DNA of 64,000 nt from Candidatus Xenobia bacterium (GCA_045863235.1 BTUM01000022.1:35148-99147), one strand, 5' to 3'; counted from the first letter of the stretch, positions 48,869-58,945 are shown. Made by a program: numbers and translations. Notes: generated by a model from the letters alone, not told the origin.

Positions 48869-50974
48869 ATGCGCCGATTGCTCTTCGTACTCTTCTTCCT
48901 CACCCTGCCCGCCTGGCCCCAGGAGCTGGTGGGCGAAGGGATCGTCCGCTACACCTTCCCCGAGGGCGCCGCCTTGCCCCGCTCGCTGGCCCTGGAGAAA
49001 GAGCCCGAATCCAGGGGCCCCGTTCCTCGGGCCTTCCCCCTGAAACCCGCCTTCACCACGGGCAAGGTCCAGATCCCGATCCCGCCCAGTGACCTCTACG
49101 CCACCGGCGAGGTCACCGGCCCGCTGCGCCGCAACGGCACCGCCATCGAGCTCTGGAACCACGACAACTACGGCTACACCGACTACGAGGGACGCAGGCT
49201 GTACCAGTCGCATCCCTGGGTGCTGGGCGTGCGGCCCGACGGCACCGCCTTTGGAGTGCTCTTCGACACCACCTGGCGCTCCGAGCTCAAGCTCACCGAT
49301 GACGCCATCGACTTCACCACCAGAGCCCCCCAACTGGCCGTCTACCTGATCGATCGCAAGAGCCCGCAGGCCGTGCTGCGCGGCCTGGCGGAGCTGACCG
49401 GCACCATCTCGCTCCCCCCGCGCTGGGCCCTGGGATTTCAGCAGTGCCGCTACTCCTATGCTCCCGCCCAGCAGGTCAAGGACATCGCCCTGGAGCTTCG
49501 CCAGCGCGACATCCCCTGCGACGTGATCTGGATGGACATCGACTACATGGATGGCTACCGGGTCTTCACCTTCGATCCCAAAGGCTTCCCCGACCCCCGG
49601 GGCCTGAGCGACTTTCTCCACCAGCACGCCTTCAAGGGCATCTGGATGATCGACCCGGGCGTCAAGAAGGAAGTGGGCTACTTTGTCTACGACTCGGGCG
49701 ACGACCACTATGTCTGGGTGCGCGACGCCCAGGGCTCTCCCTACGTGGGCAAGGTGTGGCCGGGCGAGTGCCAGTTCCCGGACTTCACCCGTCCCGACGT
49801 GCGCCGCTGGTGGGCCGGGCTCTACAAGGACTTCCTGGCCCAGGGAGTGGACGGCGTGTGGAACGACATGAACGAGCCGGCCGTCTTTCCCCCCGAGGCG
49901 GTGGACAAGAGCATGCCCCCGGACGCCCGCCACGGCGGCGGCGACGGCCTGCCCCCCGGCCCCCACCTCCAGTACCACAATGTCTACGGGATGCTGATGG
50001 CTCGCGCCACCCGCGAGGGGCTGCTGGCCGCCAGGCCGGAACGGCGCCCCTTCGTGCTGACCCGGGCCAACTATCTGGGCGGCCACCGCTATGCCGCCAC
50101 CTGGACCGGGGACAACGTCTCCAAGTGGGACCACCTCAAGCTCTCGATTCCGATGAGCCTGAGCCTGAGCCTCTCGGGTCAGCCCTTCAACGGCCCCGAC
50201 CTGGGGGGCTTCGGCGGCACCGCCACCCCCGAGCTGTGGGGCAACTGGGTGGGCTTCGGGGCCTTCTTTCCCTTCTGTCGAGCCCACTCGAGCAAGGACA
50301 CGCCCCCCAAGGAGCCCTGGGCCTTCGGACCCGAGGTCGAGCAGGCCGCCCGTATCGCGCTCAGCCGCCGCTACCGCCTGATGCCCTACCTCTACACGCT
50401 ATTCGAGCGCTCCTCGCGGCTGGGCGATCCGGTCATGCAGCCGGTCTTCTTCGCCGACCCGAAGAACGAGCGGCTGCGCACCGAGCAGCAGGCCTTCCTG
50501 CTCGGCCCCGACCTGATGGTGGTGCCCCGCTGGGCCTCCGAGCCCGCCCTCCCGGACGGCTGGCGCGAGATCACTCTGGTGGAGGGCGACCACGGACCTT
50601 ACCAGGCCCGCCTGTTGCAGCGTCCCGGCAGCATCATCGCGCTCGGGCGCGTGGTGGAGAGCACCGAGGAGCCCATGCTGGAGCCCCTCACCCTGAGCGT
50701 CTGCCTGGATGGCAACGGCCAGGCCGAGGGCGAGCTCTACTGGGACGCCGGCGACGGCTTCGCCCACCAGAAGGGAGACTTCCGCCGCACCCTCTTCCGC
50801 GCTCGGCGAACGAACGGCACGGTCCAGGTCGAGGAGCAGGTGCTCGGCGGCCAGCGCCCCCGCGACTTCTCCCGCGTCACCGGGGTGGTGTGGACCCGCT
50901 CCGGCCCGCGCGCCGGCTCGGCCGAGGCCGGCCAGCCGCTGGCCATCCCGCTCGAGGGCCCCTCGCGTCCCTGA
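48869..50974 (+). CDS. secreted GH31 alpha-glucosidase
   Basis: Signal peptide; IWMDIDYM, WNDMNEP, HNVYG and WTGDN. Confidence 0.95.
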   Translation: MRRLLFVLFFLTLPAWPQELVGEGIVRYTFPEGAALPRSLALEKEPESRGPVPRAFPLKPAFTTGKVQIPIPPSDLYATGEVTGPLRRNGTAIELWNHDNYGYTDYEGRRLYQSHPWVLGVRPDGTAFGVLFDTTWRSELKLTDDAIDFTTRAPQLAVYLIDRKSPQAVLRGLAELTGTISLPPRWALGFQQCRYSYAPAQQVKDIALELRQRDIPCDVIWMDIDYMDGYRVFTFDPKGFPDPRGLSDFLHQHAFKGIWMIDPGVKKEVGYFVYDSGDDHYVWVRDAQGSPYVGKVWPGECQFPDFTRPDVRRWWAGLYKDFLAQGVDGVWNDMNEPAVFPPEAVDKSMPPDARHGGGDGLPPGPHLQYHNVYGMLMARATREGLLAARPERRPFVLTRANYLGGHRYAATWTGDNVSKWDHLKLSIPMSLSLSLSGQPFNGPDLGGFGGTATPELWGNWVGFGAFFPFCRAHSSKDTPPKEPWAFGPEVEQAARIALSRRYRLMPYLYTLFERSSRLGDPVMQPVFFADPKNERLRTEQQAFLLGPDLMVVPRWASEPALPDGWREITLVEGDHGPYQARLLQRPGSIIALGRVVESTEEPMLEPLTLSVCLDGNGQAEGELYWDAGDGFAHQKGDFRRTLFRARRTNGTVQVEEQVLGGQRPRDFSRVTGVVWTRSGPRAGSAEAGQPLAIPLEGPSRP

Positions 50975-51387
50975 GGTGGATCACCCTCGGCGCAGGCGCG
51001 CACCTCGGCCAACCAGGCCTGCGCGAGGATCCCTGGAGGTCGGCTCGATCCTGGAGACGTCTCATGCCTGCTCGAAGGGCCTCACCCCGGCCGCCTCGGG
51101 CTGGGGCCGGAAATCACCTGGCGTCGGTTTGGTCCCGCCTTGATGACCTCTTCCCACGACTCGGGCTCGTGTTCGATGCATTGCTCTGAATGAGCTTCGT
51201 TGCGCTCTTGCGTGTTTCGATTTTTGAACCGGCGGTTCAGAAAGTTTGTTCGCTTCTGACTGCTCCAGCTTGCGGGTTCTCGCTGGCAGCAACTCGATGA
51301 ACAGCGTGCCCCGGTCGGGTCTCGTGGACCGCATCCTCGACGCCTTCGACAATCCAACCCTCTTCGGTCGAGAAGGGTCGGGTCGAG

Positions 51388-51698
51388 TTGCGCGGTCTGG
51401 GCACCTACTATCAGGAGCTTCAGAGTTTCCTGATGGCCGCACCGGAGACCAGGACGGCGATCCGTGTGGCGGTTTGCGCAAGATTCGGTGGCGCGATCCG
51501 AGGCGCGGGAAGGGGAAACGAGGTGGTCTGCGTGTCATCTATCTCCACATCCCGGAGGCCGCCCAGTTCCTGATGCTTGATGTCTACGACAAGGATGAAG
51601 CGGAGGATCTCAGTCCGCAAGAGCGCCGCTTCTTGTCGCAGCTGGCCGAGGAATACCGCGCCAAGGTGCTCGAGCGTCGGAGGAGGTCAGAGGAATGA
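51388..51698 (+). pseudogene. frameshifted RelE/HigB-2-type toxin
   Basis: YQELQSFLMAAPETRTAI in one frame continues as CGGLRKIRWRDPRRGKGKRGGLRVIY...YDKDEAEDL in another; shift at about 51463. No normal N-terminus. Confidence 0.7.
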
Positions 51699-52027
51699 AG
51701 AAGCGAGCAAGACTCTTTGAGAGGATTAGCAGGGGACTCAAGCAGGGCATCGCCCATGAGCGAGGCGAGATGGAGCTTCGCGCAACGAGGCACCAGGTGC
51801 CCCTCCCGCCCCTGTCCCACGAGTATGGCCCGGAAGAGGTCCGCTCTCTTCGAGAGCGTCTCGGCATGGGCCAGAGCCAATTTGCTGCGATCTTTCTCGT
51901 ATCTGTAAAGACGGTCCAAAGTTGGGAGCAGGGAACTCGCTCTCCGTCTCCGACCGCTTCGCGCCTGCTTCAGTTGATCGAGGATCCAGGCGCAAGATTG
52001 GGTCTCCTAGAGCTGGCTGTCCGATAG
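51695..52027 (+). CDS. HigA-type HTH (Xre) antitoxin
   Basis: VRSLRERLGMGQSQFA...TVQSWEQGTRSP; ATGA overlap with the toxin stop. Confidence 0.85.
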   Translation: MKKRARLFERISRGLKQGIAHERGEMELRATRHQVPLPPLSHEYGPEEVRSLRERLGMGQSQFAAIFLVSVKTVQSWEQGTRSPSPTASRLLQLIEDPGARLGLLELAVR

Positions 52028-52275
52028 CCGGGACGGCGTTTTGGCGGTTCGTTGTCCCGTTCCCACCCCCCGGCTCATACCGCTCCCGGCCGCCGGGAAC
52101 GCCCTCGTGGCGCACGCTTCTTGGCAGCGCTGAGCCCCACCGTTTGGCTGAGCCAGGTGCTGGGCGATCGTCCGTGACCGACGCGCGGGGCAAGTTCGCC
52201 ACTTTCCTCTACGAGAACAGCCATCTTTTGATTGGGCAGCAGGAATGTGGAATCATATATGGTATCATTTTACGT

Positions 52276-52701
52276 GTGATCGCCACACTTGATACCTCCA
52301 TCCTGGTCGCCGGGCTACGCTCAGCAAACGGTGCGTCCCACCAGATTTTGAGATCTGGATTCGAGAAGGGCTTCCGGATGGCGGTCAGTGTTGCGCTCTT
52401 TCTGGAGTATGAGGAGGTCTTAGCGCGACCAGAGCACTTACAGCCTGGCGGCCTAACAAGGCAGGACCTGGACGCCTTCTTGGATGCGCTTGCCGCCCTC
52501 TGCCTTCAGGTCTCGTCCATCCGCTATCGCTGGAGACCCGTACTCAACGATCCGGACGACGATCTGGTGGTCGAGTGCGCGGCAGCCAGTCAGAGTCATT
52601 ATCTGGTGACGCTAAACTACCGCGACTTCAGGCCTGTTCAGGGGAAGTTCTCGTTTCAAGTTCTACGTCCAGTCGATTTTCTCAAAATTCTCCGGAGGTG
52701 A
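52276..52701 (+). CDS. PIN-domain toxin (PIN_3-like)
   Basis: LDTSILVAGLRS, LEYEEVL, DPDDDLVVECA and LVTLNYRDF. Confidence 0.88.
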   Translation: MIATLDTSILVAGLRSANGASHQILRSGFEKGFRMAVSVALFLEYEEVLARPEHLQPGGLTRQDLDAFLDALAALCLQVSSIRYRWRPVLNDPDDDLVVECAAASQSHYLVTLNYRDFRPVQGKFSFQVLRPVDFLKILRR

Positions 52702-52706
52702 TGTTC

Positions 52707-53009
52707 ATGCCGCAGTATCCGCTTCGACTTCCAGAGGATCTCTACCAGAGGTCCCAGCACCTGGCCGACCAACAGGGAGTCTCGTTGAATCAGTTCTTTC
52801 TCTACGCCGTGGCCAACATGGCAGCGGAGATCGAGACGAGATCTTTCTTCCGTCAGCGTTCATCCCTGGCATCCGAGGAAGCCACCGCCATCGGACTCAG
52901 CGTTCTGGACAAGGTCCCCAAGGTTGCTCCAGTGGCGGGGGACGAACTGCCAGAGCATGCAAAACCGAAGCGGGCCCCTTCACGCAAACCGACCCGCGCT
53001 AAGGGCTGA
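52707..53009 (+). CDS. RHH (HicB-like) antitoxin
   Basis: YPLRLPEDL...ADQQGVSLNQF; GGAGGT RBS; directly follows the PIN gene. Confidence 0.82.
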   Translation: MPQYPLRLPEDLYQRSQHLADQQGVSLNQFFLYAVANMAAEIETRSFFRQRSSLASEEATAIGLSVLDKVPKVAPVAGDELPEHAKPKRAPSRKPTRAKG

Positions 53010-53031
53010 TAGAACCGGTAGCGGGGCTGGC

Positions 53032-53066
53032 GCGCGGGAAGGGAAACGAGGTGGTCTGCGTGTCAT
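53032..53066. repeat. second copy of a 35-36 bp segment from the toxin gene (51503-51538)
   Basis: GCGCGGGAAGGG(G)AAACGAGGTGGTCTGCGTGTCAT occurs at both sites, differing by one G. Confidence 0.92.
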
Positions 53067-53163
53067 GATTTTTTGAAGAATCATCATCAGGGGTGGCGGG
53101 CGGGCAACAGACGGCGACGGGAGCTCCAGAGGGAGTTCACTCCTCTCAAACGTAGACCCCCCC

Positions 53164-53802
53164 ATGATCGACCTGAGCCACATCATCGAGGACGGCCTCG
53201 TGACCTACCCCGGCCTGCCCGCCCCGCATATCTGCGACTTCCTTTCGCGCGAGGCGTCGCGCCAGCACTACGCGGACGGCACCGAGTTCCAGATCGCTCG
53301 CATCGAGCTGGTGGCCAACACCGGAACGTATGTGGATGCGCCCTTTCATCGCTATGCCGACGGGGTGGACATCGCGGACCTGGCCCTGGAGCGGCTGGCC
53401 GACCTCCCGGGCATCGTCATCCGGACCGACCGTCCCGCCATCGATGCCAGCCTCTTTCAACACCTGAGCGTTCGAGGTAAAGCGGTCCTTGTCCAGACCG
53501 GCTGGGACCGGCACTGGGCCACGCCGACCTACCTGAGCGGCCACCCGTTCCTCACGCGCGACGCCGCCGCCTACCTCGTGGAGCAGGGAGCCGCCCTGGT
53601 GGGGATCGACTCGCTCAACATCGACGACATCACCGACCAGGCGCGCCCGGTCCACTCCTTGCTCCTGGGCGCCGGCATCCCGATCGCCGAGCACCTGTGC
53701 AACCTGAGAGCGCTCCCCGAGGAAGGCTTCCGCTTCTTCGCGGTGCCCCCGCGCTTCCGTGGCGTCGGCACCTTCCCGGTGCGCGCCTTCGCCATGCAAT
53801 GA
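53164..53802 (+). CDS. cyclase / kynurenine formamidase family protein
   Basis: MIDLSH, NTGTYVDAPFH, LVGIDSLNID, HSLLL and FPVRAFA. Confidence 0.9.
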   Translation: MIDLSHIIEDGLVTYPGLPAPHICDFLSREASRQHYADGTEFQIARIELVANTGTYVDAPFHRYADGVDIADLALERLADLPGIVIRTDRPAIDASLFQHLSVRGKAVLVQTGWDRHWATPTYLSGHPFLTRDAAAYLVEQGAALVGIDSLNIDDITDQARPVHSLLLGAGIPIAEHLCNLRALPEEGFRFFAVPPRFRGVGTFPVRAFAMQ

Positions 53803-53809
53803 GAGACGT

Positions 53810-54805
53810 TTACTCCAGCACGATGCGCTTGACGTTCCCCTGCTTGGTGGTCAGCACCAGGTTGCCGTCGGGAGCCTGGTTGACCTCGCCTTCGGGCAAC
53901 GAGAGCTCTTGCACCACCTGGCCCGACTCGCCGTCCAGCGCCTTGAGGCCGTCGCGGTGGTGCACGAACACGGTGCCGTCCTGGTGCACAAAGGTCTTGT
54001 CCACCGGCCTGCCCAGGTCGTGGCTCCACTGCACCTTGCCGCTGGCCACGTCCAGCGAGGTGACCTGCCCCTTGAACGTGCTGGCCACAACCTCTCCGTG
54101 CGCACCGGGAGCGGGGTTGTTCACGTAGGGCTGGCCGGCCTTGAACTGCCAGCGGGTCACTCCGGAAGGATCCAGAGCCGTCAGGGTGCCCCCGAAACCG
54201 ACCGAGTAGACCATGCCGTCCGGTCCGAGAACTGGCTGGTGCTGGGACCCGCCCGCCTCGACCCGGGTGGACCAGGTCAGCGTCCCGACGGGAGAGATGT
54301 TGTAGAGCTTGCCTTCCTGGGTCTGAGCCAGCACGCCCCCCTCGGGCGTGATCGTCAGGCCGGTGGCGTTCTTGACCGGCAGGTTGTGGGCCAGGTCGAT
54401 GGTCTCGTCCTCGGGCTTGATCCAGGTGAGCGAGTTGCGCCCGCCCACGATCATCGTCTCCTCGGAGATGGCCAGCGCTCCCGGGTAGCCGTTGGGGGTG
54501 TAGATCCAGCGCCGCTCTCCGGTGGCCGGGTCGGTGCCCGCCAGAGAGCCGTCCACGGTTCGCACGATGGGCGATCCGTCCAGCTGGCCCTCCAGCGTAC
54601 CCTGGTGGTGCACGTTGACCGTGCTCAGGGTCGAGCCCGTTTTCTGGTCGATCCGGTGAACCTGGCAGCGCGCGTCGTCGAAGCTGCCCAGCACCACCTC
54701 GTCCTCGGTCAGTGCGGGCTTGCCATACAGCGTCTTGCCCAGGTCCACGCTCCAGTCCACGCGCGCGCGAGCGGCGGCCTGGGGAGCGTTGAAGACGTTG
54801 AGCAT
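53810..54805 (-). CDS. PQQ-like beta-propeller repeat protein
   Basis: Repeated ALD..G..RW blades. Confidence 0.82.
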   Translation of the reverse strand: MLNVFNAPQAAARARVDWSVDLGKTLYGKPALTEDEVVLGSFDDARCQVHRIDQKTGSTLSTVNVHHQGTLEGQLDGSPIVRTVDGSLAGTDPATGERRWIYTPNGYPGALAISEETMIVGGRNSLTWIKPEDETIDLAHNLPVKNATGLTITPEGGVLAQTQEGKLYNISPVGTLTWSTRVEAGGSQHQPVLGPDGMVYSVGFGGTLTALDPSGVTRWQFKAGQPYVNNPAPGAHGEVVASTFKGQVTSLDVASGKVQWSHDLGRPVDKTFVHQDGTVFVHHRDGLKALDGESGQVVQELSLPEGEVNQAPDGNLVLTTKQGNVKRIVLE

Positions 54806-54901
54806 GCATCCTCCAAAAACAGGTTCTTGTCACCACTCTACCCATGCTTTCTGAAAAACTATCGAAAAGGGGCGGCGCGGCGGGGGTCGTAACCTCCGCC
54901 C

Positions 54902-57541
54902 ATGCGGCGTTACCTGGTGGGCATCGATCTGGGCACCTCCAACTCGGCCGTGTGCCGCGTGGACGCCGCCAGCGGCAAGCTCGAGACCGTGCCCATCCTG
55001 CAGCGCGTATCCGAGACCGAAGTGGCCGCGCGCAACCTGTTGCCCTCCTTCACCTACCTGCCCGGAGCCCACGAGCTGCCCCCGGGGGCGCTCAGCTTGC
55101 CCTGGGCCAGCGAGCAGGACTACGTGGTGGGCGAGTTTGCCCGCACCCAGGGCGCGCGCGTGCCCGCCCGCCAGGTGGTCAGCGCCAAGTCGTGGCTGGC
55201 CTACCGCCAGGCCGACCCCACCGAGCCCCTGCTGCCCTGGGGCTCTCCTCCCGAGGTGCCGCGCCTCTCCCCGGTACAGGCCTCGGCCCGCTACCTCGAG
55301 CACCTGCGCCGCTCCTGGGACCACCAGTTCCCCGACTCGCCGCTGGGCCTGCAGTCCATCGTGCTCACCGTGCCCGCCAGCTTCGATGAGCTGGCCCGCG
55401 AGCTGACCCTGGAGGCGGCCCGCCAGGCGGGGCTGGAGCACCTGCTGCTGCTGGAAGAGCCCCAGGCCGCCTTCTACGCCTGGCTCTCGCGCGGGCAAAA
55501 GCCCCCCGAGGACGAGCTGATCCTGGTCTGCGACATCGGCGGCGGCACCACCGACTTCACTCTCATCAAGAGCGGCCCGGGGGGTCTCGAGCGGGTGGCG
55601 GTGGGGGATCACCTGCTGCTTGGCGGCGACAACCTGGACATCGCGCTTTCCTACGCCGTCGAGCCCCTGCTGGCCGCCAAGCTGGACCTGTTGCAGTGGG
55701 GCGTGCTGAGAAACGAGTGCCGCCGGGTCAAGGAGCTCTTGTTAGGGGAGGATCCCCCCACCCAGGCCCGGATCACCGTCCCCGGCAGCGGCGCAAAGCT
55801 GCTCCAGAGCGTCCTGACCGCCGAGCTGGAGCGCTCGGACGTGGAGGAGCTGGTGCTGGACGGCTTCTTCCCGGTGGTGGACTACGACGAGTCCCTGGTG
55901 GAGGATACCCGCACGGGCCTGCGCGAGTGGGGCCTGCCCTACGCCGCCGACCCCGCCCTGCCGCGCCACCTGAGCGCCTTCTTGAAGGCCAACCAGGCCG
56001 AGATCCCCGGGAGGGTGCTGTTCAACGGCGGCGCCTGCCGCCCTCCGGCCCTGCGAAAGCGCATGCTGGACATCCTCAGCGCCTGGAAAGGCTCCCCGGT
56101 CACCGAGCTCGACAACCCCGAGTCCGATCTGGCCGTGGCCCGCGGGGCGGCCCACTACGCCTGGCTTCGCAAGAAGGGCCGGGCTCGCATCCAGGGCGGC
56201 GTGGCCCGCTCGTTCTACGTGGGCGTGGGCCAGGAGATGGCCCTCTGCGTCATCCCGCGCAACGCCAGCGAAGGCAGCGAGGTGCGCCTCAAGGAGCCGG
56301 TGCTGCAACTGACCGTGGACGCCCCGGCGCGCTTTCCGGTTTTCACCTCCTCGGTGCGCCCGCTGGACGCCCCCGGCAAGCTGGTCGGGAGCAACGCCGA
56401 GGACCTGACCGCCCTCCCCCCGATGGAGACGGTCATCCACACCGGGGGAGCGGCCCGCGAGGTCCCCGTCACACTGTCCGCGATGGTGACCGAGGTGGGC
56501 ACGCTCGAGCTCTACCTCAAGAGCGAGCAGGATCGCCACCGCCTGGCCTTCAGCCTGCGGGGCGGGCGGTTGGAGTCCACCGGCCTGGGCGTGCCGGCCG
56601 AGGCGGTGGAGTCGGCCCGCGAGCTGGTGCGCGAGGCCTTCGAGGCCCGTCCGGGAGCCCTGCGCCACGACACCCCCCGCCCCAAGAACCTGCCCAACCG
56701 CCTGGAGACCCACTTCCGCCAGGCCCGCAGCGAGTGGACCTCGGCCCTGCTGCGGGCGGTCTGGGATCCCGTCTTCGAGCAGCGCCGCCGCCGCCGCGCC
56801 GACGCCGAGCACGAGACCTACTGGCTCTACCTGGTCGGCTGGTGCCTGCGCCCCGGCCTGGGCCTGCCCCTGGACGACTGGCGCGTGGAGCAGACAGCCG
56901 AGCTCTACAGCGCCTGGATCCAGTTCCCCAAATCCTCCAAGGTGCGCCTGCAGTGGTGGATCTGCTGGCGCCGCCTGGCGGCCGGGCTCAACAAGGCCCG
57001 TCAGGAGGAGATCTGGCGCTCGATCGCTCCGGCCCTGGTGAGCGGCCGCAAGCACTTCAAGAGCAAGGTGAGCGGTACGTTCACAGGCCAGGAGGCGCTC
57101 GAGGTCATGCGCCTGGCCGTCTGCCTGGAGAAGCTCCCCGTGGGTGAGAAGGAGCTGCTCGGCCGCACCCTGATGAGCCGCTTCCACGGTCAGAAGGAAG
57201 ACTTCTGGCGCCTGGGCCGTCTGTGCGCCCGCCAGCCCCTCGGTGGCGGCGCCTCTTGCGCCCTCCCCCCCGAGGTGGTGGAGCCCTGGGTCCGCCAGCT
57301 GCTGCGCGAGAAGTGGCTCGATGTCCCCATGGCGGGCGTGGCCCTGGCCGAGATCGCCCTCTTCACGGGCGATCGCGTGCGCGATCTGGACGAGGAGCTG
57401 CGCACCGAGCTGGCCGCTCGCATGCGCTCCGAGGGCGTCGACCCTGCCCGCATCGAGTCCGTCACCCTCGGCCGCGCCGTAGACGAGGAGGGCACCGCCG
57501 CCTTCCTGGGCGAGGCCCTGCCCGTCGGCTTGCGGCTCTGA
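54902..57541 (+). CDS. Hsp70-like protein with DUF3731-type C-terminus
   Basis: GIDLGTSNS, LTVPASFD, EEPQAAFY, DIGGGTTD and LGGDNLD; C-terminal GWCLRPG...DDWRV...WRRLAAGL. Confidence 0.88.
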   Translation: MRRYLVGIDLGTSNSAVCRVDAASGKLETVPILQRVSETEVAARNLLPSFTYLPGAHELPPGALSLPWASEQDYVVGEFARTQGARVPARQVVSAKSWLAYRQADPTEPLLPWGSPPEVPRLSPVQASARYLEHLRRSWDHQFPDSPLGLQSIVLTVPASFDELARELTLEAARQAGLEHLLLLEEPQAAFYAWLSRGQKPPEDELILVCDIGGGTTDFTLIKSGPGGLERVAVGDHLLLGGDNLDIALSYAVEPLLAAKLDLLQWGVLRNECRRVKELLLGEDPPTQARITVPGSGAKLLQSVLTAELERSDVEELVLDGFFPVVDYDESLVEDTRTGLREWGLPYAADPALPRHLSAFLKANQAEIPGRVLFNGGACRPPALRKRMLDILSAWKGSPVTELDNPESDLAVARGAAHYAWLRKKGRARIQGGVARSFYVGVGQEMALCVIPRNASEGSEVRLKEPVLQLTVDAPARFPVFTSSVRPLDAPGKLVGSNAEDLTALPPMETVIHTGGAAREVPVTLSAMVTEVGTLELYLKSEQDRHRLAFSLRGGRLESTGLGVPAEAVESARELVREAFEARPGALRHDTPRPKNLPNRLETHFRQARSEWTSALLRAVWDPVFEQRRRRRADAEHETYWLYLVGWCLRPGLGLPLDDWRVEQTAELYSAWIQFPKSSKVRLQWWICWRRLAAGLNKARQEEIWRSIAPALVSGRKHFKSKVSGTFTGQEALEVMRLAVCLEKLPVGEKELLGRTLMSRFHGQKEDFWRLGRLCARQPLGGGASCALPPEVVEPWVRQLLREKWLDVPMAGVALAEIALFTGDRVRDLDEELRTELAARMRSEGVDPARIESVTLGRAVDEEGTAAFLGEALPVGLRL

Positions 57542-57607
57542 GCGACGCCGTCGTCAATCCGCCACGCGCCCTGAACCGGTCACGCGGCAGACCGCGCACC
57601 CCGGACC

Positions 57608-57685
57608 TTACCGCCCTGAGCCCGTTACCGCTCCCACCAGGCGGTATACCGCCCGCTCAGAACGGTAACGCTCTGGCGCCGGTAA
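57608..57685. repeat. 78-bp nested imperfect palindrome
   Basis: TTACCG/CGGTAA, CGTTACCG/CGGTAACG and GGCGGTA/TACCGCC are all symmetric about 57646.5. Confidence 0.8.
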
Positions 57686-57740
57686 AAACCCGAAGGGCAC
57701 GAAAGGCGCCCCGGCCAGCGCACCGAAAGCCCGCGCACCG

Positions 57741-58457
57741 ATGTGCCTCATCCTCTTTGCCCTGGGCCGCTCCGAGCGCTATCCCCTCATCCTGGCCGCC
57801 AACCGCGACGAGTTCTACGCCCGCCCCACCGCCCCGGCGCAGTGGTGGGACGAGCCCATCCGCTGGCTGGGGGGGCGCGACCTGGTCAGCGGCGGCACGT
57901 GGCTCGGGATCACCCCCGAGGGCCGCTTTGCGGCCGTGACCAACTACCGTGACCCGAACGGCCACGTGGGCTCGATCTCTCGCGGCCAACTGGTGCTCGA
58001 CGCTCTGCGCGGTGAGCCCGACTTCGGCCAGGACTACAGCGATTGCAGCCTGATCTGGGGCACGCCCAACGAGCTGTGGTACTGGTCCAACCGAGACCCT
58101 GACGGCCCGAGCCGCATCCCAAGAGGGCTGCACGGGCTCTCCAACCACCTGCTCGACACGCCCTGGCCCAAGGTCAGCCGGGGCTGCTCGCGTCTGTCCC
58201 ACCTGCTCTCCCAACAGCCCACCACCCGGACGCTGCTCAACCTGCTCGACGACCGCGCGCAGGCTCCCGACGAAGCCCTGCCGGACACGGGCGTGGGCCT
58301 CACTCGAGAGCGCGTCCTCTCCCCCCTGTTCGTGGAAACCGAGCAGTACGGCACGCGCAGTTCCACCGTCATCCTGTTCGGCGCCGATGGCAGCATCGAG
58401 TTCGCCGAGCGCACACCGGAGGGCACCTTCAGCTGGTCGTCGTCGCCGTCAATCTGA
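57741..58457 (+). CDS. NRDE/TANGO2 family protein
   Basis: MCLI, AANRDEFYARP, GGTWLG, LSNHLLDTPWPK and YGTRSST. Confidence 0.93.
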   Translation: MCLILFALGRSERYPLILAANRDEFYARPTAPAQWWDEPIRWLGGRDLVSGGTWLGITPEGRFAAVTNYRDPNGHVGSISRGQLVLDALRGEPDFGQDYSDCSLIWGTPNELWYWSNRDPDGPSRIPRGLHGLSNHLLDTPWPKVSRGCSRLSHLLSQQPTTRTLLNLLDDRAQAPDEALPDTGVGLTRERVLSPLFVETEQYGTRSSTVILFGADGSIEFAERTPEGTFSWSSSPSI

Positions 58458-58945
58458 GCCCGCGCCATCGGCTGGGCAAAGCCAGCCAGCTCTCCATCCG
58501 CCTGCTCGAAGGGCTGGGGGTGGAGGGCGATGCCCATGCTGGCGCCACCGTGCAGCATCGCTCCCGCGACCCCGAGGCGCCCAACCTGCGCCAGGTGCAC
58601 CTGCTGCACCACGAGCTGCTCGACGAGCTCGCTCTGGCTCCCGGCCAGGTGGGCGAGAACATCACCACGCGCGGGGTGGATCTGCTCAGCCTGCCGCGCG
58701 GCACTCTGCTCCACCTCGGTCAGGAGGCCGTGGTCGAGCTGACGGGCCTGCGCAACCCCTGCCGCCAGCTCGACGGACTGCGCCCCGGCCTGATGCAGGC
58801 CATGCTCGACCGCGACGCCGCGGGCAACCTGGTTCGAAAGTGCGGCGTCATGGCGGTGGTGCGGGCCGGGGGCGTGCTCTATCCGGGAGACGGCATCCGC
58901 ATCCTGCTCCCTGAGCCGCCCTATCAGAGACTCCAGCCCGTTTGA
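58433..58945 (+). CDS. MOSC domain protein
   Basis: GVEGDAHAG, RQVHL, GENITT and TGLRNPC. Family-like sequence extends upstream of 58520 to a CTG at 58433; start uncertain. Confidence 0.85.
   Translation: MVVVAVNLSPRHRLGKASQLSIRLLEGLGVEGDAHAGATVQHRSRDPEAPNLRQVHLLHHELLDELALAPGQVGENITTRGVDLLSLPRGTLLHLGQEAVVELTGLRNPCRQLDGLRPGLMQAMLDRDAAGNLVRKCGVMAVVRAGGVLYPGDGIRILLPEPPYQRLQPV

Noticed and set aside
45714..49043. 1109-aa plus-strand ORF
   Set aside because: Antisense shadow of the ankyrin and sirtuin genes in high-GC DNA; no motifs.
51000..53100. IS element or prophage
   Set aside because: No transposase, integrase, terminal inverted repeats or phage genes.
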